Origin: Muribaculaceae bacterium
Lineage (GTDB): Bacteria > Bacteroidota > Bacteroidia > Bacteroidales > Muribaculaceae
Direction: 5' to 3'
DNA: 64,000 nucleotides
Assembly: GCA_045613305.1 (NCBI GenBank)
Contig: JAZLAU010000023.1
Coordinates: 59,131-123,130, forward strand
The translations under genes and the position numbers were made by a program. Every line of letters begins with the position of its first letter. The stretch's first letter is position 1. Below, one piece after another: positions 27,613 through 37,844 of the stretch. A model generated the notes under the pieces. That model searched no databases. It saw only the letters and a program-made list of their open reading frames with translations, and had not been told where the DNA came from.

Positions 27613-30309
27613 ATGAAAGAAGAAAACGAAGAATACGACTTTGACTCGATATTGGGAGGCGATGATTCGAATGAGGCAGTAGGCCATTCGTCATATCAAG
27701 TGCCAAAGGACAAGCGTTTGCATTTGTCGGGAATGTTCCAAAATTGGTTTGTTGACTATGCGTCATATGTAATTTTGGAGCGTGCCGTTCCGCACATTGA
27801 AGACGGTTTGAAACCGGTTCAGCGACGCATTTTGCATGCCATGAAAGAATTGGATGACGGCCGTTTTAACAAGGTTGCGAATCTGGTAGGTAGCACAATG
27901 CAGTATCACCCGCACGGTGATGCTTCGATTTATGGTGCGTTGGTTACACTCGGACAAAAGGGCTTGCTGATAGATACTCAGGGAAACTGGGGTAATGTGC
28001 TGACTGGCGACCAGGCGGCTGCTCCTCGTTACATAGAGGCGCGCTTGTCGCAGTTTGCTCTTGAAACTGTGTATAGCCCAAAGGTTACAGATTGGACTAA
28101 GTCGTATGACGGGCGAAAGGATGAGCCGATTACTTTGCCGTCGAAGTTTCCGTTGCTTTTGATATATGGTTCGGAAGGTATTGCTGTGGGGCTTTCGTGC
28201 AAGATTTTGCCTCACAACTTTAATGAAGTTTGCGATGCTGCTGTGTCGTATTTGCAAGAGGAGGAGTTTCATTTGTATCCCGATTTTCAAATCACAGGCG
28301 GATATGTGGATGTGAGCCACTACAATGATGGTGAACGCGGCGGTGTTGTGAAAATCAGGTCGAAGATTGAAAAAAGAGACAACAAAACCCTTGTTATAAC
28401 CGACTTGCCTTATGGTAAGACAGGTACAGCTCTGAAGGAGTCGATATTGAAGGCTGCTGAAAAGAATAAAATAAAGATACGCAATGTGGTTGATTACACT
28501 GCCGAACAGGCAGAGATAGTGGTAACGTTGCAGCCGGGTGTATCGAGCGATAAGACAATAGATGCACTATATGCCTTTACTGATTGTGAGGTGAGCATAT
28601 CGCCTAATTGCTGCGTGATTAAGGACCACAAACCGCAATTCTTGTCGGTGAGCGATGTGCTGCGTTACAGTGTTGACCGAACAAAATATTTGTTTGGACA
28701 AGAATTGGAAATTCAAAAACAAGAAACGCTTGAAGCATTGCATTTTGCGTCGCTTGAGAAGATATTCATCGAGCAGCGAATCTATAAAGATAAAGGATTC
28801 GAAAATGCTCCAAACATGGATGCTGCAGTAGCGCACATTGACCATCGTTTAGAGCCGTTTAAGGCAAATTTGTATAGTGAGGTAACTACCGACGACATTT
28901 TGCGTTTGATGGAAATAAAGATGGCTCGTATCTTGAAATTCAATACAGAAAAGGCCGATAACTATATTGAAAGCCTTAATGAACGAATTAAGGATATTGA
29001 CTACAAGTTGACTCACTTGGTTGAGCATACAATAGAATGGTTTAAGCATTTAAAGTCGAAGTATGGAGCTAAGTTCCCACGAAACACTCAGATTCGTAAT
29101 TTCGACACTATTGTGGCATCGACAGTGGTTGAGGCAAATGAGAAATTGTATATCAATAGAGAAGAAGGTTTCATCGGTACAAATTTGAAGAAAGACGAGT
29201 TTGTATGCAATTGCTCGGATATAGACGACATTATCATTTTCTATAAAGATGGCCGCTTTAAGGTTGTTAAGGTTGCCGATAAAATATATATTGGTAAAAA
29301 TGTTCTTTATCTTAACGTGTTTAAGCGCAACGATGAACGAACAATATATAACGTCTTGTATCAAGATGGCAAGGGCGGAATAACCTATATGAAGCGTTTT
29401 GCAGTGACAGGAGTTACTCGCGATAAGGAATATAACCTTACTCAGTGCAAGCCGGGCAGCAAGATTGTGTGGTTTACGGCCAACGCAAATGGTGAGGCTG
29501 AAACGTTGCGCATCACATTAAAGCCAAAGCAACGCTTGAAGGTGTTGCAGTTTGATGTGGATTTGGCAAACTTGATGGTAAAGGGCAAGCAGGCTCGTGG
29601 TAACGTGGTCACCAAAAATGAAATACATCGCATAACGCTAAAGGAACGCGGAGTTTCAACTCTTGGAGGCCGTGAGGTGTGGTTTGACCCAGACATTCTT
29701 CGAATAAACTACGATGGCAGAGGAAATTTGCTTGGCGAGTTTTTTAACGACGAACGAATATTGGTGATAATGAAGAATGGTGATTATTATACCACTACAT
29801 ATGACGTTGAAAATCACTATGAGGACGGAATTTTGCGAATAGAAAAATATCGCGACGGTGTGGTTTGGACCGCAGTGCTATATGATGCTGACCAAGGATA
29901 TACTTATGTTAAGCGTTTTAACCTTGAACAAAGTGCTAAGAAGCAACGCATGATAGGTGATAACCCGAAGTCGGAACTGCTGATATTGACAGACGAAAAA
30001 TATCCGCGCTTTGAGGTTAAATTTGGCGGAGCCGACTCGTTTAGAGAACCTTTAGAACTTGATGCTGAGGATTTTATTGCAGTGAAAAGTTTTAAAGCAA
30101 AGGGTAAGCGCATCAGCAACTGGGAAATAGAAACAGTTACACAAATTGAGTCGCGAATTGTAGAGGAAACTGAAGAAGAACCTGTTCAAGCCGATGTTGA
30201 CGATGAAATTGTTGATAGCGAAGTGTTGGGAAAGGACTCTGTAATTGACCAAGATGCTGTTAGAGACAAATTGACAGGACAGATGCGAATGTTTGAAGAT
30301 GAGGAGTAA
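27613..30309 (+). CDS. parC: DNA topoisomerase IV subunit A
   Basis: ...YASYVILERAVPHIEDGLKPVQRRILHAM...QYHPHGDASIY...AAPRYIEARL... (catalytic Tyr region). It is a Bacteroidota ParC-type sequence with an acidic tail. The start was set at ATG 27613 (MKEENEEYDF); the track's GTG start adds 67 unsupported codons. Confidence 0.88.
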   Translation: MKEENEEYDFDSILGGDDSNEAVGHSSYQVPKDKRLHLSGMFQNWFVDYASYVILERAVPHIEDGLKPVQRRILHAMKELDDGRFNKVANLVGSTMQYHPHGDASIYGALVTLGQKGLLIDTQGNWGNVLTGDQAAAPRYIEARLSQFALETVYSPKVTDWTKSYDGRKDEPITLPSKFPLLLIYGSEGIAVGLSCKILPHNFNEVCDAAVSYLQEEEFHLYPDFQITGGYVDVSHYNDGERGGVVKIRSKIEKRDNKTLVITDLPYGKTGTALKESILKAAEKNKIKIRNVVDYTAEQAEIVVTLQPGVSSDKTIDALYAFTDCEVSISPNCCVIKDHKPQFLSVSDVLRYSVDRTKYLFGQELEIQKQETLEALHFASLEKIFIEQRIYKDKGFENAPNMDAAVAHIDHRLEPFKANLYSEVTTDDILRLMEIKMARILKFNTEKADNYIESLNERIKDIDYKLTHLVEHTIEWFKHLKSKYGAKFPRNTQIRNFDTIVASTVVEANEKLYINREEGFIGTNLKKDEFVCNCSDIDDIIIFYKDGRFKVVKVADKIYIGKNVLYLNVFKRNDERTIYNVLYQDGKGGITYMKRFAVTGVTRDKEYNLTQCKPGSKIVWFTANANGEAETLRITLKPKQRLKVLQFDVDLANLMVKGKQARGNVVTKNEIHRITLKERGVSTLGGREVWFDPDILRINYDGRGNLLGEFFNDERILVIMKNGDYYTTTYDVENHYEDGILRIEKYRDGVVWTAVLYDADQGYTYVKRFNLEQSAKKQRMIGDNPKSELLILTDEKYPRFEVKFGGADSFREPLELDAEDFIAVKSFKAKGKRISNWEIETVTQIESRIVEETEEEPVQADVDDEIVDSEVLGKDSVIDQDAVRDKLTGQMRMFEDEE

Positions 30310-31201
30310 TTTCTTAAAGAATATGATAAGCAGAGCGGTGTATGTTCTTTGTGTTGTTGCTGCGATTATGATAGCAACGGCCCCAAAGAGTATGGCTCAA
30401 ACCATGCAGGATGGTGTGGGCGTTGAGCGCCCTGCTGCATCGTTCTTTATGGTCGATTTAGGACCTGCTTCGATTCTAGATACTTATTTGAGCCCTGTTG
30501 AAAACGAGGGTGTGGGCTTACGCCTTGAGTATGAGCGTAAGCAGGCTATGCGCTTTGACCCTGAACGCTGGATAATGCAAATGAATGTTGGCGCTGATTA
30601 TGCAAGTGTAAATAATCCAGCTGGTAACCATGTTGCGCATTCGTTGCATGCCGATTTTAAGTGGGGAATGATGCGACGATGGCGAGATGTGTTAACTCCG
30701 GGGCTTGGTGTTTACGTAGGACCGAGTGCACAATTTCGTGGTGGCGCAGTTTATAAGCCTACCAATAGCAATAACGTTGTTTCGGTGCGATTGCATTGCG
30801 CAGTCAACGTTACGGCCATGGTGTCATATGACTTGAACGTGAAAGAATTGCCAATTGCCTTTAGCTACCAAGCAACCTTGCCGGTTATGGGAGTGTTTTT
30901 TTCGCCAGAATTTGGTGAAACATATTATGAAATATATTTGGGTAACACTTCTGGATTGGCTCACTTTGGATGGTGGGGCAATAGGTTTGACATGGTAAAC
31001 CAGTTGTCGGCCGATTTACATCTTGGCAGAACGGTGTTGCGTTTGGGCTATCGCAATAGTGTTGAAAGAACGTTTGTGAACAATTTGAAAACGCGTTCCG
31101 TTATGCATTCGGCTGTTTTGGGCGTAGGTGGCGAATGGTTGAGTGTGGGCAAAAAAGCAACAGAAGTGAATAAGGCGAAAATAATATCATCAATGTATTG
31201 A
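30293..31201 (+). CDS. secreted protein of unknown function, probable outer-membrane beta-barrel
   Basis: Signal peptide ...MISRAVYVLCVVAAIMIATAPKSMAQ. Alternating amphipathic strands rich in G/Y/R/N, with an aromatic C-terminal residue (..SSMY). The ORF start overlaps the parC stop; an alternative start is ATG 30323. Confidence 0.55.
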   Translation: MKMRSNFLKNMISRAVYVLCVVAAIMIATAPKSMAQTMQDGVGVERPAASFFMVDLGPASILDTYLSPVENEGVGLRLEYERKQAMRFDPERWIMQMNVGADYASVNNPAGNHVAHSLHADFKWGMMRRWRDVLTPGLGVYVGPSAQFRGGAVYKPTNSNNVVSVRLHCAVNVTAMVSYDLNVKELPIAFSYQATLPVMGVFFSPEFGETYYEIYLGNTSGLAHFGWWGNRFDMVNQLSADLHLGRTVLRLGYRNSVERTFVNNLKTRSVMHSAVLGVGGEWLSVGKKATEVNKAKIISSMY

Positions 31202-31203
31202 TT

Positions 31204-32247
31204 ATGCTAAAGATTAAGTCGGTGAAATATGTTTTAATGATTGTTGTTTCGGCTGTTGCTGTTGCATTGTCGTCGTGCAATGACGAGGTTAACTATGCAA
31301 ATGACCCTTATGGCAACTTTGACGCATTATGGAGCATAATCGACGAACATTATTGTTTCTTTCAATATAAAGATGTGGACTGGAAGCAGATTGGGCAAGA
31401 CTATAGGGCAAAGATACACCCTAATATGCAGTCAACAGAATTGTTTGCTTTGTGTTCGGAAATGCTTAAGGAACTGGAGGATGGACACACTAATCTGATA
31501 TCGGGATGGGATGTATCGAGATATTGGATTTGGGAACAGTATCCGGTTAACTACGATGAAAGAATAATTGACCAATATTATTTGGGATTTGATTACAAAA
31601 ATACGTGCGGCATTAAATATCAAGTGTTGCCCAATAACTATGGATATATGCACTATGGAGATTTCTCTATTAGTATGGGCGAAGGAAATTTGGATGCTGT
31701 TATGTCGGTGCTTGCTTCTTGCGACGGTTTGGTGATTGATGTGAGGAGTAATGGCGGAGGGCTGTTGACTAATGTTGAGACTTTAGTTGGTCGATTTATC
31801 ACTGATAAATTGCATGCAGGAGCCATTTCGCATAAAACAGGCCCTGGGCACGACGATTTTTCAGAGCCATATGACTATTACATAAGCCCAACGCCTTCAG
31901 ATAGAGTGAAATTTTCAAAGCCGGTGGTGGTTTTGGCTAATAGGGGTTCGTTTAGTGCAACGAACAACTTTGTGTCGATAATGAAGTCGTTGCCGCAAGT
32001 GCGTGTGGTGGGCGATACAACTGGAGGCGGTTGTGGAATGCCATTTACGAGTGAGATGCCTAACGGGTGGTCGGTGAGATATTCGGCAAGCGCCATTACA
32101 GATAGCGAAGGTAATCTTACGGAGTTTGGCGTGGAGCCTGATTATAAAGTGGATATGACTCAAGAAGATATATTGGTGGGTAAAGACAGCATATTAGAAA
32201 AGGCCTTTGAAGTGCTTGATGATATGCTTGCTCAAAGTGATAGATAA
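31204..32247 (+). CDS. S41 family peptidase, lipoprotein, no recognisable PDZ domain
   Basis: Lipobox VALSSC. ...GLVIDVRSNGGGLLTNV... and ...ANRGSFSATNNFVSIM... are S41 core motifs with the Ser nucleophile. ATG 31204 is used because the track begins at TTG 31198. Confidence 0.8.
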   Translation: MLKIKSVKYVLMIVVSAVAVALSSCNDEVNYANDPYGNFDALWSIIDEHYCFFQYKDVDWKQIGQDYRAKIHPNMQSTELFALCSEMLKELEDGHTNLISGWDVSRYWIWEQYPVNYDERIIDQYYLGFDYKNTCGIKYQVLPNNYGYMHYGDFSISMGEGNLDAVMSVLASCDGLVIDVRSNGGGLLTNVETLVGRFITDKLHAGAISHKTGPGHDDFSEPYDYYISPTPSDRVKFSKPVVVLANRGSFSATNNFVSIMKSLPQVRVVGDTTGGGCGMPFTSEMPNGWSVRYSASAITDSEGNLTEFGVEPDYKVDMTQEDILVGKDSILEKAFEVLDDMLAQSDR

Positions 32248-32279
32248 TGAAAATAATAAACTTAATTTAATTTTAAATT

Positions 32280-33935
32280 ATGGATAAATCAATAATAAAG
32301 TATGTTGAGGAATCGGTAAAGAAAAACTGGCAAGTAAAAGCATTGACTGATTTGCAAGGAGAAACGATTACCTATGGCCAGTTGGCTGAAAAATTTGCAC
32401 GATTGCATGTTTTGTTTAAGGCTTGTGGAATTGAAAAAGGCGATAAGATTTCGATAATTGGTAAGAATAGTTCGCAATGGGCAAGTACCTTTTTCGCGAC
32501 TTTGGTGTATGGCGCTGTGCCAGTGCCGTTGTTGCACGAATTTAAGCGCGATGCTGTGCATTATTTGGTTAATCACAGTGGCTCGAAGTTGCTTTTTGCT
32601 GAAGAAGGTATACTAAAAAATCTTGATGCCAAAGAGATGCCAAATTTGCTTGGCGTGTTTAAGATGAACGACACATCACTTGCAGAGTTCAGAAATGAAG
32701 AGTTGAAGTGTGCGTATGAAAATATTGATAAACTATATAATGAAGCATATCCAAACGGATTGACACCAGAGGCAATATGCTATGCCGATGCTGAAGCCGA
32801 AGATTTGGCAATTATAAACTACACTTCGGGTTCAACAGGTAAGCCAAAGGGTGTTATGATACCACAAAGAGCATTGGCGTCGAACATGAAATTTGCCTTA
32901 GAACATCTAACATTCTTGTTGCCAGGCGACGGAATAGTGTGTATGTTGCCGTTGGCTCATATGTATGGATTGATGATTGATTTGATACATCCGATTGTAA
33001 AGGGTTGCCATGTGCATTTCTTGACCCGTAACTTGTCGCCAAAGGTTATTTTGGACGCATTCCGTGAAGTTAAGCCAAAGCTTATTGTGACAGTGCCATT
33101 GATTTTGGAAAAGATTATTAAGGGTAAGGTGTTCCCGTTGTTGGCAACACCAAAAATCAGTTTTATGCTGAAATTGCCTATCATTAGAAATGTAGTATTG
33201 CAAAAGATTAAGGGCGAAATTATTAAGGTGTTTGGCGGAAATGTGGTGCAGGTTATCGTTGGCGGAGCTGCACTTTACGATGAAGTTGACAAGTTCTTGA
33301 CAAGAATAAAATTCCCATTCACAGTAGGATATGGTATGACAGAATGTGCGCCATTGTTGGCATATGCACCATGGGACGTAACCAAGAGTGGAAGTTGCGG
33401 TCGACCAGTTGACAGAATGGAAATGCGAATTGATTCGGTTGACCCAGAAAAGGTTGCAGGCGAATTGTGGGTAAAGGGCGAAAATGTGATGCTCGGCTAC
33501 TACAATAACGAAGAAGCAACTAAAGAAGTCATGCGTGAGGACGGCTGGATGAATACAGGTGACTTGTGTAACATGGACAGCGATGGGTTTATATTTATTC
33601 GTGGCCGCAGCAAGACAATGATATTGGGTCCTTCTGGTCAGAATATCTATCCTGAAGAAATAGAGCAGGTGATTAATAACATCGACTATGTTATCGAATC
33701 GTTGGTAGTGGAAGACAATGGCAAATTGATTGCGCTAATTTATCCTGATTATGAAGCAGCTAAGGCAAAAGGTTTAGAAGGTGAAGCTTTTGCTAAGGCT
33801 ATGAAGGAAATGGTGTTGGCTAAAAATCAGGAACTTCCTGCATATTCTAAGGTGGCTGATATAAGACTACGCGACCAGGAGTTTGAAAAGACACCTAAGC
33901 ATTCAATCAAACGATTCCTATATCAAGGACAATAA
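32280..33935 (+). CDS. AMP-dependent synthetase/ligase (long-chain fatty-acid--CoA ligase-like)
   Basis: YTSGSTGKPKGVM (AMP-binding motif), ...GYGMTEC..., ...GWMNTGDL..., ...RSKTMILGPSGQNIYPEEIE... Confidence 0.85.
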   Translation: MDKSIIKYVEESVKKNWQVKALTDLQGETITYGQLAEKFARLHVLFKACGIEKGDKISIIGKNSSQWASTFFATLVYGAVPVPLLHEFKRDAVHYLVNHSGSKLLFAEEGILKNLDAKEMPNLLGVFKMNDTSLAEFRNEELKCAYENIDKLYNEAYPNGLTPEAICYADAEAEDLAIINYTSGSTGKPKGVMIPQRALASNMKFALEHLTFLLPGDGIVCMLPLAHMYGLMIDLIHPIVKGCHVHFLTRNLSPKVILDAFREVKPKLIVTVPLILEKIIKGKVFPLLATPKISFMLKLPIIRNVVLQKIKGEIIKVFGGNVVQVIVGGAALYDEVDKFLTRIKFPFTVGYGMTECAPLLAYAPWDVTKSGSCGRPVDRMEMRIDSVDPEKVAGELWVKGENVMLGYYNNEEATKEVMREDGWMNTGDLCNMDSDGFIFIRGRSKTMILGPSGQNIYPEEIEQVINNIDYVIESLVVEDNGKLIALIYPDYEAAKAKGLEGEAFAKAMKEMVLAKNQELPAYSKVADIRLRDQEFEKTPKHSIKRFLYQGQ

Positions 33936-33953
33936 GAAATTTGAATATAAATG

Positions 33954-33995
33954 AAAAAATCTTGCAGCCCATGTGCGGGTTGCAAGATTTTTTTT
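33954..33995. terminator. bidirectional terminator between the convergent acyl-CoA ligase and SGNH hydrolase genes
   Basis: AAAAAA, then ATCTTGCAGCCC, loop ATGTGC and GGGTTGCAAGAT, followed by T8. Confidence 0.85.
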
Positions 33996-34006
33996 ATGTT
34001 TAAAGT

Positions 34007-35263
34007 TTAATGCTGATTTTCTAAGTCTTGACCGCTTGCGTTTTGTGATTCGATAGCGGAAATAAGAGCTTTGGCAAGGAGTTTTCCTTGTAGTTGGTAA
34101 CCGGCTGCAGAGCAGTGAATGTGGTCGCGTTTGGCAAGAAGGGCATTGCTAACCCACAGTTTTGCTGCTCCTTCACCTCCGGCAATTGTATAGAGGTCCC
34201 AAACGGCAATGTTGTGCTTGGTGCCATAGTTAACTATTGCATCCCTTACTCTTAGGCAATTGGTGTTGGTTGCGAATTTGTATCGGCGGCGTCCACGATA
34301 TCGGTAGCGTGTGCGTCGGTCGCATTCCATTGGTGTTGTTAAAAGAAATTGCGCGTTGGGGTTATGCTTTTTGAGTTCAGTAACTAAAGCGTTGATGTGG
34401 TTATATAGTTCATCGTCGCTGAATTTTGCAAAAGCTTCGTTTGTGCCAAGCGATATGATGATTAACTGAGGCTGCATGAGGGTTGTTTGCTCGGCAAAAT
34501 TAGCAATTTTGTTATAATGAGAATAGCATGCACCGTTGTTACCAATAGAGTTGAATATTACGCCATGGTGGTTGTTAGTGACATAAGCGCCCCAAAATTC
34601 GGAGTCGGCGTTAATGTTGCCAAGGGTAATGCTGTTAGTTGGTTTGCTTAACGTGAATGTGCTTGAATAAGAGGTTTGTGTGGTGTCGGTGAGTGTTTCG
34701 CCGTTTACTTTTGCCTTTTTGTATCCGTTGCCGGGGGCATGGAGAAGAGTGACTTGAGAGAACTGGTCGTCTTCGTGTTTGGTAGTGATAGATAGTTCAA
34801 TGGTGCTGGTTCTGAAAGTAGCAGCAACGCCAGTGATTCCGACGTTAATTTTGTGCTTAGAGCGTCGTGTGGCTTGTGTTTTTTGTAACACTTTTGCCGA
34901 TGCTGTTATGGAGTAGTCGGTGGGTTGATTTGTTGCTATAAGTCGTAAAGGGGCAATACAACCGCGACCACCATTGCCGTAGGTGTTTTGCAGTGCAGAA
35001 CGAATTTCTTCACTCATAATGCCGGCCTGGATGTGAGAATCTCCAATTTGAAGAATGCTAAGCTTTACGGGATGTTCTGCGCTAATGTTTTGACGATTGA
35101 TAAGAGTGATTGCTGTTTCTTTTAAAGAACTCCAATCGGCATTGTTCATTATGATTTGGTTGGCTTGAGTATTTATGAAATCATAATTTATAGAGTCGTT
35201 GGCAAAACAAGCATAGGTGGCAACGAAATAGGTTATAATGAATGAAAGTAAGTGTCGGCACAT
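34007..35263 (-). CDS. SGNH/GDSL-family hydrolase, secreted
   Basis: Signal peptide MCRHLLSFIITYFVATYACFA. Block I is ILQIGDSHIQAG, block III is ISLGTNEA and block V is DHIH. ATG 35263 is used because the track starts at TTG 35272. Confidence 0.75.
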   Translation of the reverse strand: MCRHLLSFIITYFVATYACFANDSINYDFINTQANQIIMNNADWSSLKETAITLINRQNISAEHPVKLSILQIGDSHIQAGIMSEEIRSALQNTYGNGGRGCIAPLRLIATNQPTDYSITASAKVLQKTQATRRSKHKINVGITGVAATFRTSTIELSITTKHEDDQFSQVTLLHAPGNGYKKAKVNGETLTDTTQTSYSSTFTLSKPTNSITLGNINADSEFWGAYVTNNHHGVIFNSIGNNGACYSHYNKIANFAEQTTLMQPQLIIISLGTNEAFAKFSDDELYNHINALVTELKKHNPNAQFLLTTPMECDRRTRYRYRGRRRYKFATNTNCLRVRDAIVNYGTKHNIAVWDLYTIAGGEGAAKLWVSNALLAKRDHIHCSAAGYQLQGKLLAKALISAIESQNASGQDLENQH

Positions 35264-35283
35264 AGAATTCAAAGGAGATAAAA

Positions 35284-35313
35284 TAAAAAAAGCGTCAAGA
35301 TTTACTCTTGACG
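35284..35313 (-). terminator. hairpin plus T-tract directly downstream of tRNA-Leu
   Basis: On the minus strand GCGTCAAGA, loop GTAAA, then TCTTGACGC, followed by TTTTTTTATTT. It ends only 20 nt before the ATG of the SGNH hydrolase gene. Confidence 0.75.
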
Positions 35314-35330
35314 CTAATCGTTTTGCTGTT

Positions 35331-35412
35331 GTGCGCCTGAAGGGACTCGAACCCCCACGCCTCTAGGCACTAGATCCTAAGTCTAGCGCGGCTACCAATT
35401 ACGCCACATGCG
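35331..35412 (-). tRNA. tRNA-Leu (anticodon UAG), 82 nt, long variable arm, CCA not encoded
   Basis: The reverse complement reads GCGCATGTGGCGTAATTGGTAGCCGCGCTAGACTTAGGATCTAGTGCCTAGAGGCGTGGGGGTTCGAGTCCCTTCAGGCGCA. The anticodon stem is CTAGA/TCTAG with loop CTTAGGA, and the T-loop is TTCGAGT. There is a class II variable arm, and one A:G mismatch at acceptor pair 5:68. Confidence 0.9.
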
Positions 35413-35423
35413 CAAATCGATGT

Positions 35424-35454
35424 ACAAAAGTAGTAATTTTTTTTGGAATGGCAA
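35424..35454 (-). promoter_or_regulatory. promoter of tRNA-Leu
   Basis: The minus strand reads TTTG, a 19-nt spacer, then TACTTTTG. The box ends 11 nt before the mature tRNA 5' end. Confidence 0.6.
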
Positions 35455-35811
35455 ACTATAAAGTGCAATTTTTTTCGGAAAGACGTTTTAAATAAATGGG
35501 CGATGTGAAGATGCGTGAGTGTATTGTAGTGACTTATTGCGATTTAGGACTAATGTAGCAATTTTAGTTGTTTTTATCTATTAACAACAATGGGCAATAA
35601 ATGTGCCCGCTATGACTCTACCTTTGTAGTGTCGAAAGCGATAGAAATGCTTTTGTAAGTGAGAAAGAAAATAAAAATGTATAAATAATAAAAATAAATA
35701 GGTTATGGAATTTTTAGCAATTTGTATGGTAGTTTTCTCTGCATGTTTGTTTTCAAAAAGAAGTGTAGAATAAATTATATTAGGTTTTTTATATTTGTTA
35801 GCTGCTAAAGC

Positions 35812-35849
35812 AAAAAACGGGGATTGATTCAAAAAGAGTCAATCCCCGT
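35812..35849 (-). terminator. intrinsic terminator after typA
   Basis: ACGGGGATTGA, an 11-nt loop, then TCAATCCCCGT. The plus-strand A6 gives a T-tract on the minus strand. Confidence 0.8.
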
Positions 35850-35897
35850 AAAAATATAAAATTATGAAACAAAGTTCGTTGGTGAAACTTGAATGGC

Positions 35898-37697
35898 TTA
35901 TTGCTTATTAGCGCGCTTACGTTCAAGTTCGTCGAGAATAATCTTGCGAATTCTCAAGTGGTTTGGAGTAACTTCCACATATTCATCTTCCTTAATGTAT
36001 TCTAATGCTTCTTCAAGGCTGAAGACAATAGGAGGAACAATTTTGGCTTTTTCGTCAGCGCCAGAAGCACGCATATTTGTTAGCTTCTTTGATTTTGTTA
36101 CATTAACAACGATGTCGTTGTCTTTAGCATTTTCGCCAACCACTTGTCCGGCATAAACTTCTTCTTGAGGGAAAATGAAGAATTTGCCGCGATCTTGAAG
36201 TTTGTCGATTGCATAAGCGTATGCAGTACCACTTTCGAGTGCAATTAGAGAACCGTTAGTGCGACGTTCGATATCGCCTTTCCAAGGTTGGTATTCAAGG
36301 AAACGGTGAGCCATAATTGCTTCGCCCGCACTTGCAGTTAGCACATTGGTTCGAAGTCCGATGATGCCGCGTGATGGGATTTGGAATTCAAGATGAATGC
36401 GGTCGTTCTGAGTTGTCATTGACAGCAAATCTCCGCGACGTCGGGTTACCATATCAATCATTTTGCTGGCTGACTCTTCAGGAACGTTGATAGTTAACGT
36501 TTCAACTGGCTCGCACTTAATTCCGTCAATTTCCTTGATAATAACTTGAGGTTGACCAACTTGAAGTTCGTAGCCTTCGCGTCGCATGGTTTCAATAAGC
36601 ACAGCTAAGTGAAGCACGCCACGGCCAAACACAATCCAAGCGTCTTCGCGTTCGGTTTTTTGAACGCGTAAAGCAAGGTTTTTGTCAAGTTCTTTAACCA
36701 GACGGTCGTTTATGTGTCGAGAAGTTACGAATTTGCCATCTTTGCCGAAGAAAGGAGAGTCGTTGATGGTGAAAGTCATCGACATAGTAGGCTCGTCGAT
36801 TGCAATGCGAGGAAGAGGCTCTGGATTTGAGTCGAGCGTAATGGTGTCGCCGATTTCAAAGTTTTCGATGCCAATAAGAGCGCAAATGTCGCCGCTTCCT
36901 GCTTTGTCCACACGCATGCGTCCCATGCCTTCGAAAGTGTGCAGTTCCTTGATGCGTTGCTTAACTATAGAACCGTCTTTTTTGCAAAGAGCAATGTTCA
37001 TTCCTTCGTTAAATTCACCGCGATGAACGCGACCGATTGCAATACGTCCCACGTAGTTAGAGTAGTCAAGCGAGGTGATTAGCATTTGGGCGTCGCCTTC
37101 GTTGATTTCAGGACCTGGGATATATTTGATGATAGCATCGAGCACGGCATTGATGTTGTCGGTTGGTTTGCTCCAATCGTCGCTCATCCATCCTTGTTTA
37201 GCCGAGCCATAAATAGTAGGAAAATCGAGCTGTTCTTCTGTGGCGTTAAGGTTGAACATAAGGTCAAACACCATTTCTTGAACTTCGTCAGGACGGCAGT
37301 TTGGTTTGTCCACCTTGTTTACAACAACAATTGGCTTTAATCCGATTTCAATGGCTTTTTGAAGCACAAAACGGGTTTGAGGCATAGGTCCTTCGAAAGC
37401 GTCAACAAGAAGTAGGCATCCGTCGGCCATGTTTAGCACACGTTCCACTTCACCACCGAAGTCGCTGTGCCCTGGGGTGTCGATGATGTTAATTTTATAT
37501 CCGTTGTAGTTGATGGATACGTTTTTAGAAAGTATAGTGATGCCACGTTCTCTTTCGAGGTCGTTGTTGTCGAGAAGTAAATCGCCGGTATTTTGGTTGT
37601 CGCGAAACAAGTTTCCGGCAAGAAGCATTTTATCTACTAATGTAGTTTTGCCATGGTCCACGTGGGCGATAATGGCAACATTCCTAATTTTTTGCAT
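35898..37697 (-). CDS. typA: translational GTPase TypA/BipA
   Basis: [22 protein letters not shown] (G1), [14 protein letters not shown] and NKVDK. The start was set at ATG 37697. Confidence 0.97.
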   Translation of the reverse strand: MQKIRNVAIIAHVDHGKTTLVDKMLLAGNLFRDNQNTGDLLLDNNDLERERGITILSKNVSINYNGYKINIIDTPGHSDFGGEVERVLNMADGCLLLVDAFEGPMPQTRFVLQKAIEIGLKPIVVVNKVDKPNCRPDEVQEMVFDLMFNLNATEEQLDFPTIYGSAKQGWMSDDWSKPTDNINAVLDAIIKYIPGPEINEGDAQMLITSLDYSNYVGRIAIGRVHRGEFNEGMNIALCKKDGSIVKQRIKELHTFEGMGRMRVDKAGSGDICALIGIENFEIGDTITLDSNPEPLPRIAIDEPTMSMTFTINDSPFFGKDGKFVTSRHINDRLVKELDKNLALRVQKTEREDAWIVFGRGVLHLAVLIETMRREGYELQVGQPQVIIKEIDGIKCEPVETLTINVPEESASKMIDMVTRRRGDLLSMTTQNDRIHLEFQIPSRGIIGLRTNVLTASAGEAIMAHRFLEYQPWKGDIERRTNGSLIALESGTAYAYAIDKLQDRGKFFIFPQEEVYAGQVVGENAKDNDIVVNVTKSKKLTNMRASGADEKAKIVPPIVFSLEEALEYIKEDEYVEVTPNHLRIRKIILDELERKRANKQ

Positions 37698-37775
37698 AAA
37701 TAACGTTATTAAGGAGTACAAAGTTAGTCATTTTGCTTAAAATATTGATATAAAATGTAAAAAAAAGGGAGGTTG

Positions 37776-37807
37776 GTTGTGAGAAAAGAAAAAAACTATT
37801 ATCTTTG
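37776..37807 (+). promoter_or_regulatory. promoter of rpsO
   Basis: GTTG, a 20-nt spacer, then TATCTTTG. The box ends 37 nt before the ATG. Confidence 0.5.
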
Positions 37808-37844
37808 CACCCGAAATTTTATTAACATATAAAAAAGCGAAAGA

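Noticed and set aside
35581-35832. 83-aa minus-strand ORF in the typA/tRNA-Leu spacer.
   Set aside because: It is an AT-rich, Lys/Phe/Ile/Asn-rich translation that overlaps the typA terminator hairpin and has no start context.
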